Part shown: piece after piece, positions 1-10,066 of the stretch
Layout: every line of letters starts with the position of its first letter
Position numbering within the stretch: position 1 is the stretch's first letter
Source of the DNA: an uncultured Acidimicrobiales bacterium
Lineage (GTDB): Bacteria > Actinomycetota > Acidimicrobiia > Acidimicrobiales > Iamiaceae
Assembly (NCBI GenBank): GCA_963749745.1
Contig: CAVVNP010000007.1
Coordinates: 11,351 to 75,350, forward strand
Direction: 5' to 3'
DNA length: 64,000 bases
The notes under the pieces: generated by a model
Seen by the model: the letters and a program-made list of their open reading frames with translations, nothing else
Databases searched by the model: none
Told to the model about the DNA's origin: nothing
Program-made: the position numbers and the translations under genes

Positions 1-1547
1 TACGCCCCGAACAGCGGCGTGATGTTCTCGCCGACCCACGGCATCGACTTCTGGAACATGGGCCTGCTGATCACCGGCATCGCCTCGCTGACCGGCGCCA
101 TCAACCTGATCGTCACCTGCATCAACATGCGGGCGCCGGGCATGACCCTCATGAAGATGCCGGTCTTCACCTGGATGGGCCTGGTCACGCAGTTCCTGCT
201 GTTGTTCGCCATCCCGGTGCTCACCTGCGCGCAGTTCCTGCTCATGTTCGACCGGCTGTTCCACGCCAACTTCTTCAACACCAAGCAGGGGGCGGATCCG
301 CTGCTCTGGCAGCACCTGTTCTGGATCTTCGGGCACCCGGAGGTCTACATCATGATCGTGCCGGCCTTCGGGGTGGTCTCCGAGATCATCCCGGTCTTCT
401 CCCGGAAACCGATCTTCGGCTACCCGTTCATGGTCTTCTCGGGCATCGCCATCGGGTTCATGGGGTGGGGCGTGTGGGCCCACCACATGTTCGCCTCCGG
501 CATCGGGCCGATCTCGGTGGCCGCCTTCTCCATGTCCACCATGTTCATCGCCGTTCCCACCGGCGTGAAGATCTTCAACTGGCTCGGCCACCATGTGGGG
601 CGGCAAGCTGAAGTTCTCCACCCCCATGTTGTTCGCGGTGGGCCTGGTCACCATGTTCACCATCGGCGGCCTGTCGGGTGTCACCCACGCGGTCGTCGCC
701 GGCCGACACCCAGCAGACCGACACCTACTACATCGTCGCCCACTTCCACTACGTGCTGTTCGGCGGTGCCCTCCTCGGCTTCATCGGTGGCTTCTACTTC
801 TGGTGGCCCAAGGCGTTCGGGTACGTCCTGAACGACAAGGTCGGCAAGGTCAACTTCTGGGTCATCCTCGTGGGGTTCAACCTGACGTTCGGACCCATGC
901 ACATCCTGGGCCTGGAGGGCATGCCCCGCCGGACCTACACCTACAAGGACGGCTACGGCTTCAACCTCTGGAACATGGTCTCCACCGTCGGTGCCTTCAC
1001 CATCGCCGTGTCGGTGGTCATCTTCCTGGCCAACATCTACTTCAGCCGCAAGGCCGCCAAGCGGGCGTCCAAGACCGGCGTGCTCACCTGCGACCCGGAT
1101 CCGTGGGACGGCCGCACCCTCGAGTGGAGCATCCCGTCGCCGGCTCCGGAGTACAACTTCGACCCCATCCCGACCGTCGTCAGCCTCGACGACTTCTGGT
1201 ACCGCAAGTACGACATGACCGAGGACGGTCGGCTGCTCAAGGTGGCCGACGGCAACGACATCGCCCAGAAGCCCACCGGCGAACCGGTGCACCTGCCGTC
1301 CCCGTCGTACTGGCCCCTCGTCCTCGCCCTGGGCCTGCCCATCATCGGCTACGGGCTGATCTACAACCTCTGGCTGTGCCTCGTCGGCGGCTTCCTCCTG
1401 ATCGCCGCCATCTACGGGTGGGTGATGGAACCGACCGATGATCCCGAGGCCGGCCACGACGACCATCCGGAGCCGCCCCCGGGCGAAGCGCCGGCCGGGA
1501 CCGAAGTGGCCGAGGCCGACCACGAGGAGGCCGCACTCGTTGACTGA
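1..1547 (+). pseudogene. ctaD: cytochrome c oxidase subunit I (aa3/caa3 type), 5' end outside window, two +1 frameshifts (~588, ~700)
   Basis: Contiguous CtaD sequence is spread over three frames: GHPEVYIMIVPAFG...WAHHMF, then [30 protein letters not shown], then [16 protein letters not shown]...GMPRR. A C-terminal two-helix extension follows (HLPSPSYWP...). Stop at 1545-1547. Confidence 0.9.
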
Positions 1548-2209
1548 CACCGCCGCCAACTACGAACCGCTCGTCGGCGCCGTCGGGCCTCCGCCCGTCC
1601 CGGGGCGGGTCGGCACGGTCGAGATCGACACGATCGACCAACACCCGACCAACACCGGCATCTCCAACAACAAGCTGGCCATGTGGGTGTTCCTCGGGTC
1701 GGAGTGCCTGCTGTTCGGCGGGCTCATCTCCACCTACATGCTGTACCGGGAGAAGAACGTCGTGGGCCCCAAGCCCCACGACCTCTACAACATCCCGTTC
1801 ACCTCGATCAGCTCCTTCGTGCTGCTGATGAGCTCGCTCACCATGGTGCTGGCCGTCTCGGCCATCCAGCGCGGCGATGAGCGCCGCATGCGCACGTGGC
1901 TCCTGACCACCGCCCTGCTGGGGGCGACCTTCATCTCCGGTCAGGTCTACGAGTTCACCGCCTTCGTGCAAGGAGGGGCTCGGCTTCACCACCAACGCCG
2001 CCGGCTCGGCCTTCTACACCCTCACCGGGTTCCACGGCGTCCACGTCACCATCGGCATCATCATGTTGCTCTCGGTGGTGGTCCTGTCGATGCGGGGCAA
2101 GTTGCCGCCCGGCCGGGCCGAGGCGGTCGAGATCGTCGGCCTGTACTGGCACTTCGTCGACGTGGTCTGGATCGTGATCTTCACCGTCGTCTACCTGGTC
2201 CCCACCTGA
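1540..2209 (+). pseudogene. ctaE: cytochrome c oxidase subunit III, one +1 frameshift (~1972)
   Basis: TTG start overlaps the ctaD stop (TTGACTGA). Reads NNKLAMWVFLGSECLLFGGLISTY...GQVYEFTAFV, then in the next frame GFTTNAAGSAFYTLTGFHGVHVTIG...LYWHFVDVVWIVIF. Stop at 2207-2209. Confidence 0.88.
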
Positions 2210-2220
2210 GAGGGCGCCCC

Positions 2221-2587
2221 ATGTCCGAGCCCACCACCACCCACAACCCCCTGACCGCCCACTCGGTCACCTACGGCGAGGGCCATCCCCACGCCGGTGA
2301 GGCCGGCCACGCCGGCGATCGTGAGTACGTGATCGTCGCCGCCGTCCTGGCCGTGCTCACCGCCCTCGAGGTGGTGCTGTCCTACGTCAAGGCGCTCGAA
2401 GGGCTCTTCCTGATCGTCCCGCTGCTCGTCGTGATGGCCATCAAGTTCGGCCTGGTCGGCGTCGTACTTCATGCACCTCAGCTACGACAACCGCCTGCTC
2501 ACCCGGGTCTTCTACGGCGGCCTGTTCCTGGCCGTCAGCGTGTACGTGGCCGCTCTCACCATCGTTCCGACTATCTTCCGGTCCTGA
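2221..2587 (+). pseudogene. ctaF: cytochrome c oxidase subunit IV (prokaryotic COX4_pro type), one +1 frameshift (~2455)
   Basis: MSEPTT...EYVIVAAVLAVLTALEVVLSY...MAIKFGLV, then in the next frame ASYFMHLSYDNRLLTRVFYGGLFLAVSVYVAALTIV. Position after ctaE matches the Bacillus ctaCDEFG order. Confidence 0.8.
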
Positions 2588-2590
2588 ACC

Positions 2591-3476
2591 GTGCTGTCTC
2601 GCCGCCGCCACCGACGTCTGGCGGTTCCGGCCGCACCCGGAGGTGTGGCTGCTGGTGGTGTCGTCATCGCGCCTGTACACCTACGCGGTCCGGGTGATCG
2701 GGCCCAAGGCGGTCCTGCCCGGCGAGCCGGCCGTCACCCGCCGCCAACTCGGCTGGTTCGTCGCCGCCGTCGACCGCCCTGTGGGTGGCGTCGGACTGGC
2801 CCCTGCACGACATCGCCGAGGACTACCTCTACTCGTTCCACATGGTGCAGCACCTGCTGCTCACCTTCGTGGTGCCGCCGCTGTTCCTGCTGGCCATCCC
2901 GCGTGGCTGGCGCGGTTGATCGTCGGACCGGCGGGGTCGAGGGCTTCCGCGTGATCCACCGGTTGACCCGACCGGTGGTCGCCGGGGCCGCGTTCAACCG
3001 TCGTCACCGCAGGCGGCCACTGGTCGACGATCGTGAACACGTCGGTGCGCCTGGGTCCCTTCCACTACTTCGAGCACCTGCTGTTCGTCACCCTCGCCCT
3101 GCATGATGTGGACGTGCGTGTGCGGGCCCATCGCGGAGTGGCGCATCTCGCTCCCCGGTCAGATGATCTACCTGTTCCTCATGTCGGTGGTGCCCACCGT
3201 CCCCGGCGGCTGGCTCACCTTCGCCACGGGTCCGCTCTACTCCGCCTACGACCACCCGGCCCGCGCATGTGGGACGTCTCGGTGATCCAGGACCAGCAGG
3301 CGGCCGGGCTCTTCATGAAGCTCGGCGGCGGGATGTACCTGTGGACGATCATCACCGTGCTGTTCTTCCGGTGGGCCAAGCAGAGCGGCTTCGGGAGACC
3401 CACGCCGGCGCCGCGACCACGGGCGGAGGATCCGTCGGTCGCGCCCGGCGGGGTCGCCGGGGCCCCGAGAGGCTGA
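2591..3476 (+). pseudogene. ctaG: cytochrome c oxidase assembly factor CtaG (Caa3_CtaG family), at least five frame breaks
   Basis: Membrane-protein sequence is recoverable only by hopping frames: HPEVWLLVV...LGWFVAA / TALWVASDWPLHDIAEDYLYSFHMVQHLLLTFVVPPLFLLAIPRGW / RTGGVEGFRVIHRLTRPVVAGAAFN / VVTAGGHWSTIVNTSVRLGPFHYFEHLLFVTLAL / MMWTCVCGPIAEW...PLYSAYDHPAR / MWDVSVIQDQQAAGLFMKLGG. Breaks at ~2775, ~2912, ~2998 and ~3102 are +1; ~3263 is -1. Another possible break lies at ~2598. Confidence 0.75.
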
Positions 3477-3554
3477 GGCCCAGCGGCGAGACCGACGGGT
3501 GAGCGGCGTGCTCGCCCGGTGCACCCCGTCCGTCCGGTCAGACTGCGTCGAGCG

Positions 3555-4971
3555 ATGGACGTGACGACCGGACCGGAGGAGACCGCGGAGGCCGCCGCAC
3601 CCGATCAGACGTCGGCGCCGCCGGTGCGCCCACGGTCCGGCCGGTTCTCCCGTCTGGTGGGCTGGACCAGCCGGAAGGCGGCCGAGCAGCCGCTCTCGGC
3701 GCTGGCGCTCGGGCGCCTCGCCGCACTGGCCGTGGTCGTCCGGATCCTGTACATCGTCCACCAGATCCCCGGCTACGTGCCGAACAGCGACGCCCGCAAC
3801 TACTACTTCCTGGCCAAGTACTTCTCCGAGGGCAAGGGGTACTCGGACACGTTCCCGCTGCTCGCCCTGCACCACACGGCCTTCCGGCCACCGGCCTTCC
3901 CCGTGCTGCTCGGCCTGGTGTTCTCCGTCACCGGTCCGTCGATCGGGGTGGCGCAGGCGGTGAACGTGACCATCGGGACGCTGGTCGTGGTGCTCGGAGC
4001 GGTGCTGGCGGCACGGTTGCGGGGGCCGCCCGGCCGGCCTGGTCACGGGAGCCGTCCTGGTCTGCTACCCGCCCCTGCTCGCCAACGACGCCACCGTGCT
4101 CACCGAGCCCTTGTCCCTGCTCTTCCTGGTGGTGATGGGCCTCGCCCTCTCCGGCGACGTCCGCGCTCGGGGCGATGACCGGAAGCGTTGGAAGGACGCC
4201 AGCGTGGTCGTGGCCGGCGTGGCCACCGGCCTGCTCACCCTGAGCCGGCCGAGTGCACAAGGGTTGGTCGTCGTGGTGGCCGCCTGGGTGTGGTGGCGGC
4301 TGGGTTGGCGGCGGGCGGCGGTGCTGGTGGGCGCCGCTGCGGTGCTGGTGACGCCGTGGCTGGTGCGCAACCAGGTGCAGATGGGGTCACCGGTCCTGGT
4401 GACCACCAACGGCTTCAACCTGGCTTCGCGGTACTCACCTCCCGCCAAGGCCGACGACCACTTCATCGACGCCATCTCCGACCCCCGGACCGCCAACGTC
4501 CACTACCTGGTGTTCGACGAGGTCGAACTGGACAACGACTTCCGCGACTACGCCTTGAAGGAGATCAGGCGCGATCCCGGCTACGTGCTGCACGTGATCA
4601 AGCAGAACGCCGGGATCTGGTTCGAGCTGGACCCCGACCGCAGCCGGTCCGCCGAGCAGGCCGATGGCAGGAACATCGACTTCCGCGACGGCGCCCGGCC
4701 CTTCTTCTTCGTCGTGACGGTCGTCGGGCTGGCCGGCCTCGTGATCCGCCGCCACCGGGCCGGCGCCCAACTGCTGTTGCTGGTCGCCGCCTACTTCACC
4801 CTGACCAGCCTGCCGCTGGTCGCCTGGCCGCGGCTGCGCGCCCCGTTCGACCTGGCGTGCTGCATCGGCTTCGGGCTGGCCGTGGGATGGGCGATCGACA
4901 AGTGGCAGCATCAGGGGGAGCCCTCCGATGCCGAGGTGCCCCCGGACCTCGCCCCACTCGAACTCCCATGA
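3555..4971 (+). pseudogene. ArnT/PMT-like (GT39-type) membrane glycosyltransferase, one +1 frameshift (~4031)
   Basis: Multi-TM protein with an SDARNYYFLAKYF motif. The N-terminal part lies in ORF 3519..4178 and continues in ORF 4096..4971 (AGLVTGAVLVCYPPLLANDATVLTEPL...). Start is ATG 3555 or GTG 3519. Confidence 0.7.
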
Positions 4972-5945
4972 CCACTGACCACGCCCACCCCGATGCCGTC
5001 GCCGGCCCTGCACCAGCGGCCCGGCGGGCCCTCTGGCTGACGCTGGTCCTCAACACCGGCTTCCTCGGCGTCGAGGTCGTGGGCGGCGTCGTGTTCGGTT
5101 CGCTGGCCCTGCTGGCCGACGCCGCCCACATGGTGTCCGACGTGGTCGGTCTGGTCGTGGCCCTGATCGCCCAGCGGCTCACCAGCCGCCCCGCGACCGA
5201 TCGCTACAGCTTCGGCTTCCGGCGGGCCGAGGCCCTGGGTGCTCAGGCCAACGGCGTGTTCCTCCTTGCCGTCTCGGTGTGGCTGATCGTCGAAGCCATC
5301 CGCCGGCTCGACGACCCGAGCCCGGTCGAGGGCGTCGGGCTGTTGCTGGTCGCCGTGGTCGGGCTGGCGGTGAACGTCGGGAGCGCCGTGATCCTGTCCC
5401 GCGCCCAGGGTGCCGGGCACGGGCACGACCACGGTCCGGACAAGGGTGGCGGTCGGCGCAACCTGAACCTGCACGGTGCCTTCCTGCACATGGCGGCCGA
5501 CGCCGCCAGCTCCCTCGGTGTGGTGGTCGCCGCCATCGCCATCGTGGTGTGGGGCGCGGACTGGGCCGATCCGGTCGTGTCGTTGCTCATCGGCGTGCTG
5601 GTGCTGTGGTCGGTGTGGTCGCTGCTCCGTGACACCACCAACGTGCTGCTGGAGGCGACGCCCGACGGACTCGACCCCGACGTGGTCCGCCGGGCGCTCA
5701 ACGACGATCCGGAGGTGTCGGCGGTCCACCACCTGCACCTCTGGCAGCTCGACGCCACCTCCACCGCCCTCTCCGCGCACGTGGTCGTCGAGGACGAGCG
5801 CTCGCTCCACCAGGCCCAGGAGATCGGTGACCGGCTCCGGCTCGGGCTGGCCGACCGCTTCGACATCGACCACGCCACCCTCGAGCTCGAATGCCATCCA
5901 TGCTCGGACATCGCTTCGGAACCGGAGGTTCCGAAGCGAGTTTGA
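4968..5945 (+). CDS. cation diffusion facilitator family transporter (CzcD/ZitB-like)
   Basis: The ATG overlaps the upstream stop (ATGA). Contains LALLADAAHMVSDV, a His-rich loop (GAGHGHDHG), HMAADAASSLGVV and a C-terminal domain with HHLHLWQL. The frame is intact. Confidence 0.9.
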   Translation: MTTDHAHPDAVAGPAPAARRALWLTLVLNTGFLGVEVVGGVVFGSLALLADAAHMVSDVVGLVVALIAQRLTSRPATDRYSFGFRRAEALGAQANGVFLLAVSVWLIVEAIRRLDDPSPVEGVGLLLVAVVGLAVNVGSAVILSRAQGAGHGHDHGPDKGGGRRNLNLHGAFLHMAADAASSLGVVVAAIAIVVWGADWADPVVSLLIGVLVLWSVWSLLRDTTNVLLEATPDGLDPDVVRRALNDDPEVSAVHHLHLWQLDATSTALSAHVVVEDERSLHQAQEIGDRLRLGLADRFDIDHATLELECHPCSDIASEPEVPKRV

Positions 5946-5971
5946 TCGACGGCCTTCGGCCGGCGCCTTCT

Positions 5972-6033
5972 CCGCTTCGACCGAGCGAGTCGGATCGAAG
6001 CGGGGCAAGGGGGCACACGGAGCGTTCCCCCTT
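5972..6033. terminator. two adjacent GC hairpins between convergent genes (putative bidirectional terminators)
   Basis: Hairpin 1 (5972-6003) pairs CCGCTTCGA with TCGAAGCGG and has an inner CCGA/TCGG stem. Hairpin 2 (6007-6033) pairs AAGGGGG with CCCCCTT. No clear U tract follows either. Confidence 0.35.
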
Positions 6034-6103
6034 CCGATCCCCCTCCCAACTCCCCGGCTGGCGCTCGCAGACCTGACGTCGATCCGGTCGCCAACCGAAC
6101 CCG

Positions 6104-6835
6104 CTACTCCCAGCGGAAGAGGGCGGCGGCGGCCAGGGGGGCGACGACGGCCCAGCCAGCGAGCACGATCCAGGCGTGGGCGGGGACGCCGGCCCCGGCC
6201 GTCGAGGCTGTCGTGGAGCACCTCGGACAGGGCGCCGGCGGGCAGGGCCTGGGCGAACTGGCGCAGGCCGGCGGGCAGCTTGGAGAGCGGGAAGACCATG
6301 CCGCCGAGGAGCAGGAGCAGCAGGTAGACGCCGTTGGCCAGCGGCCAGGGTGGTGAGCGCCGGCAGCGAGCCGGCCATGAGCAGGCCCAGCCCGGCAAAG
6401 GCGACGGTGGCCAGCACCGCGCCGGCCAGGGCCAGGCCGAGCGACGGGCCGTCGAACCGGAACCCCAGGAGCAGGCCCTCGACCAGCAGGATCACGATCT
6501 GCAGGGCCTCGATGGCGACCATGGCCAGGGTCTTGGCGCCGAGCAGCTGCGGCCGGCTGAGCGGCGTCGATCCGAGCCGCTTGAGCACGCCGGTCGACCG
6601 CTCGAACCCGGTTGCGATCGCCAGGCTCACCATGGCCGTCGACATGATGGCCAGCGCGATGATGCCGGGGAACAGGAACTGGATGGCGGGCATCCCCTGC
6701 TGCTCGCGGCAGCACGTCGACCTGGGCGAAGAAGGCGAGCAGCACGACCGGGATCAGGAAGGTGAGCAGCACGGATTCGCCACGGCGCAGGGTGAGCAGC
6801 AGTTCGATCCGGGTCTGGGCCAGCAGGGCTCGCAT
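6104..6835 (-). pseudogene. ABC-2 type transporter permease, three +1 frameshifts (~6708, ~6343, ~6200)
   Basis: MRALLAQTRIELLLTLRRGESVLLTFLIPVV... / MPAIQFLFPGIIALAIMSTAMVSLAIATGFERSTGVLKRLGSTPLSRPQLLGAK... / LANGVYLLLLLLGGMVFPLSKLPAGLRQFAQALP... / ...AHAWIVLAGWAVVAPL. The ATG overlaps an upstream stop (TGATG). Confidence 0.75.
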
Positions 6836-7866
6836 CAGCGGACGGGAGTCCCCCGCTTCCGCCGCGATCGCCCGCCACCGTGGTACGCCCCGGACCCCGC
6901 CCGGCGGACCGGTGTCCGCCGTCGTCGCCTGCATCGTCTTCGACCCGCACCACCGGGACCTCGCCGGTGATGGAGGTCAGCCGCAGGAAGACGTCCTCGA
7001 GCCGCTGGCGGCCGGCGCGCAGGTCGCCGAGGGCGAGGTCACGCTCGGCCAGCCAGGCCGTCAGGGCGGCGACGTTCGCTGGTGACGGGGCGGCCGCCAC
7101 CCGGTAGTCGCCGGGCGCCACCTCCTCGACCGCGGCCATGACCGCCTTGCCGAGCGCGGCCACGTCGATGCCGCTCGGGGCCCGGAAGCGGATCTCGTCG
7201 GACGCAGCCGGCCGTCATCAGCTCCGACGGGGTGCCGCTGGCCGCCAGCCGGCCCCGGTCGATGATCACCACACGATCGGCTGCCTTCTCGGCCTCCTCG
7301 AGCTCATGGGTGGTGAGCAGCACGCACACCCCGGCGGCCCGCAGGTCTCCGACGACCTGGCGGATCAGCTGGCGGCCCACCACGTCGACCCCCGCGGTGG
7401 GCTCGTCGAGGAAGGCCACGTCGGGCCGCCCCACGAGGGCGAGGGCCAGCGACAGCCGCTGCTGCTCCCCGCCGGAGAGCTGGCGCCAGCGCGCCGACCG
7501 CCGGTGGGTGAGCCCCACCCGCTCGAGCAGGTCCTCGGGATCGTCGGGGTCGTCGTGGAACGCCGCCACCAGCCGCAGCATCTCGAGCGGCCGGATGCCG
7601 GCGTACACGCCGCCGGACTGCAGCATGACGCCGATGTGGCGGGTCAGGGCGGCGTGGTCGGCGAGCGGGTCGAGACCGGCGACCCGGACGTGACCGGAGG
7701 AGGGGCGCCGGTAGCCCTCGAGCACCTCGATGGTGGAGGTCTTGCCGGCGCCGTTGGGCCCGAGCAGCGCGACCACCTCCCCCGCGGCGGCGGTGAAGGA
7801 CAACCGGTCGACCGCGGTGAGCGAGCCGTAGCGGACACACAGGTCCTCCACCTCGATCACGGCCAC
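6835..7866 (-). pseudogene. ABC transporter ATP-binding protein (DrrA/NatA-like), frameshift at ~7203 and at least one more in the C-terminal tail (6840-6960)
   Basis: Walker A GPNGAGKT, signature LSGGEQQR and Walker B FLDEPT. After SELMTA the sequence continues in another frame (SDEIRFRAPSGIDVAALGK...LEDVFLRLT). The only stop coupled to the permease ATG (TGATG, 6837-6833) lies in the third frame. Confidence 0.85.
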
Positions 7867-7979
7867 AGGTCGACGCTACCGGTACGCCCGGTAACCCCCC
7901 AATCGCCCCCCGTCACCCGGGCCAGGGCGCATCGCTACTCCGTTCGGCGCCACCGCCGTGACCGCTACGGTGCCCGACC

Positions 7980-9278
7980 GTGCTCGACGTACGGCGCATC
8001 CGCACCGACCTGCCCGGGGTCAAGGCCGCCTATGCCCGGCGGGGGGCGGGCACCGCCGAGCTGGACCAGGCCCACGACCTCGACGCCCGCCATCGGCGGC
8101 TCGCCGGCGAGCGCGACGAGCTGCGCAACCAGGTGAAGCGGCTCTCCAAGCAGGTGGGCCGTCTGCGGGCGGAGGGCGCGGACGCCGACGCCGAAGCGGC
8201 CCAGGACGAGAGCCGGCGCCTGGGCGCCCGTGAGCGTCAGGTGGCCGAGGAGACCGAGCAGGTGGCCGCCCGGCTGCGCGACCTCCTGCTGCGCATCCCG
8301 AACCTGCCCCACCCCGACGTCCCCGACGGCGAGGGCGAGGAGGACAACCCCGTCCGGCGCGTCGTCGGCTACGACCCCGAGGGCTACGGCGAGCACCAGC
8401 GGGTGCCGCACTGGGAGATCGGTGCCGAGCTCGGCATCCTCGACGTCGACCGGGCCACGAGGATCTCCGGTTCGATGTTCACCATGCTGCGCGGCCTCGG
8501 GGCGACGCTCAGCCGGGCCCTGTGCCAGCTCGCCCTCGACCGCAACGCCGACGCCTTCGAGGAGATCCGCCCGCCGTCGCTGGTGCGCACCGCGACCATG
8601 GTCGCCACCGGCCAGCTCCCCAAGTTCGCCGACGACGCCTACGCCATCGAACGCGACGACCTCTGGGCCAGCCCCACCGCCGAGGCCCCTCTCACCTCGG
8701 TGGCGGCCGGCGAGGTGCTGGCCGAGGACGACCTGCCGATGCGGCTCATGGCCTACTCGCCCTGCTATCGCCGCGAGGCGGGGGCGGCGGGCCGCGACAC
8801 CCGTGGCCTCCTGCGCGTCCACGAGTTCGACAAGGTCGAGCTGTTCGCCTACGCCTCGCCCGAGCAGGCACCGGCGGTCCTCGACGACCTCGTCGCCCGA
8901 GCCGAAGGGACCCTCGCCGTCCTGGGCTTGGCCTACCGGGTGGTGGAGATCTGCGCCGGTGACCTGGGCCAGGCCCACCACCGCTCGATCGACCTGGAGG
9001 TCTACGCCCCCGGCTGCGACCAGTGGTTGGAGGTCTCCTCGGTGTCCTGGCTCGGCGACTACCAGGCCCGCCGGGCCAACATCCGCTACCGGGACACCGT
9101 GGCGCGGCGCAACGAGATCGTGCACACCTTGAACGGCTCCGCCCTGGCCGTACCCCGGGTCTGGGCGGCGCTGGTCGAGACCTACCGCCGACCCGACGCC
9201 TCGGTCGTCCTCCCCGCCGCGCTGCACCCGTACCTGCGGGGCGCCACCGCCATCGTCCCACCCCGGGCCCAGCCGTGA
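7980..9278 (+). CDS. serS: serine--tRNA ligase
   Basis: 432 aa, intact. N-terminal coiled-coil arm, then the class II core (FTMLRG, TAEAPLT, YSPCYRREAGAAGRDTRGLLRVHEFDKVE, LNGSALAVPR). Confidence 0.95.
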   Translation: MLDVRRIRTDLPGVKAAYARRGAGTAELDQAHDLDARHRRLAGERDELRNQVKRLSKQVGRLRAEGADADAEAAQDESRRLGARERQVAEETEQVAARLRDLLLRIPNLPHPDVPDGEGEEDNPVRRVVGYDPEGYGEHQRVPHWEIGAELGILDVDRATRISGSMFTMLRGLGATLSRALCQLALDRNADAFEEIRPPSLVRTATMVATGQLPKFADDAYAIERDDLWASPTAEAPLTSVAAGEVLAEDDLPMRLMAYSPCYRREAGAAGRDTRGLLRVHEFDKVELFAYASPEQAPAVLDDLVARAEGTLAVLGLAYRVVEICAGDLGQAHHRSIDLEVYAPGCDQWLEVSSVSWLGDYQARRANIRYRDTVARRNEIVHTLNGSALAVPRVWAALVETYRRPDASVVLPAALHPYLRGATAIVPPRAQP

Positions 9279-9934
9279 TCGATCGGCTCGAACGGGTCAT
9301 CCCGCCGCCCGCCGAGGAGCGCGAGGGGGCGGGAGCCGACCATCCCATGCGCATCGTGACCCGCGATGTCGCGTTCTCGCCGGAACGATGGACGCCGGAG
9401 CGACGGGCCAAGGTGGCGGAGCTGTTCGACGGCCTGGCCCCGGAGTGGCACACCCGGGGCACGCCCGGTCGCCTGTCCCAGCTCCACGACGCCCTCGATC
9501 GGGGTCTCCCGGCGGTCGGTTGGACCGCGCCGCCCGGCGCCGCCCGCTGCCTCGAGGTCGGGTCCGGAACCGGGCTGTTCACCGCCATCCTGTCGGATCG
9601 CTTCGGCACCGTGGTGGCGTTGGACCTGGCCATCGAGATGCTGCGGCTGGCACCGCCACGGGCTGGATCACGCCTGCAGGGCGACGCCAGCGATCTGCCC
9701 CTGGTCGACGGTTCGATCGATGTCCTCGTGCTGGTGAACGCGCTGCTCTTCCCGGCCGAGGTCGACCGGGTCCTGGCACCCTCCGGTGCGGTCGTCTGGG
9801 TCAACAGCCGTGGCGATCGCACTCCCATCCACCTGCCCGTCGCCGATGTCGCCGCCGCGCTGCCCGGTGCGTGGGAGGGCGTCGAGTCCGAAGCCGACGA
9901 GGGCACCTGGGGCGTCCTGCACCGCTCCCGTTGA
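9275..9934 (+). CDS. class I SAM-dependent methyltransferase
   Basis: The GTG overlaps the serS stop (GTGA); ATG 9347 is an alternative start. Motif I is LEVGSGTGLFT. Confidence 0.8.
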   Translation: MIDRLERVIPPPAEEREGAGADHPMRIVTRDVAFSPERWTPERRAKVAELFDGLAPEWHTRGTPGRLSQLHDALDRGLPAVGWTAPPGAARCLEVGSGTGLFTAILSDRFGTVVALDLAIEMLRLAPPRAGSRLQGDASDLPLVDGSIDVLVLVNALLFPAEVDRVLAPSGAVVWVNSRGDRTPIHLPVADVAAALPGAWEGVESEADEGTWGVLHRSR

Positions 9935-10066
9935 GCATCGCCGCTCCGACCCGTCGCCGGATCCGGACCACCTAGTAGCGTTGCTGCACATCATGAACCA
10001 CGGCCGGGCCGTCCGGCGCCGGCCTTCGAGGACGGACCGGGGCCGCGTCGAGCGGGGTGGATCCGT

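Noticed and set aside
1150-1547. The C-terminal extension of CtaD (HLPSPSYWP... plus two TM helices and an acidic tail) as a novel fusion.
   Set aside because: Extra C-terminal helices with this motif are, to my knowledge, a known feature of some A-type oxidase subunit I proteins. It is noted in the feature evidence rather than as a finding.
5891-6076. 61-aa ORF in the CDF/ABC intergenic region.
   Set aside because: It spans the two terminator-like hairpins, has no ribosome-binding site and has a composition typical of non-coding GC-rich sequence.
1-7300. Programmed ribosomal frameshifting or transcriptional slippage as the cause of the frame breaks.
   Set aside because: There are too many sites (up to six in one gene). 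No shared slippery heptamer or downstream pseudoknot is present. The affected genes (ctaD, ctaE, ABC ATPase) are never known to use recoding.
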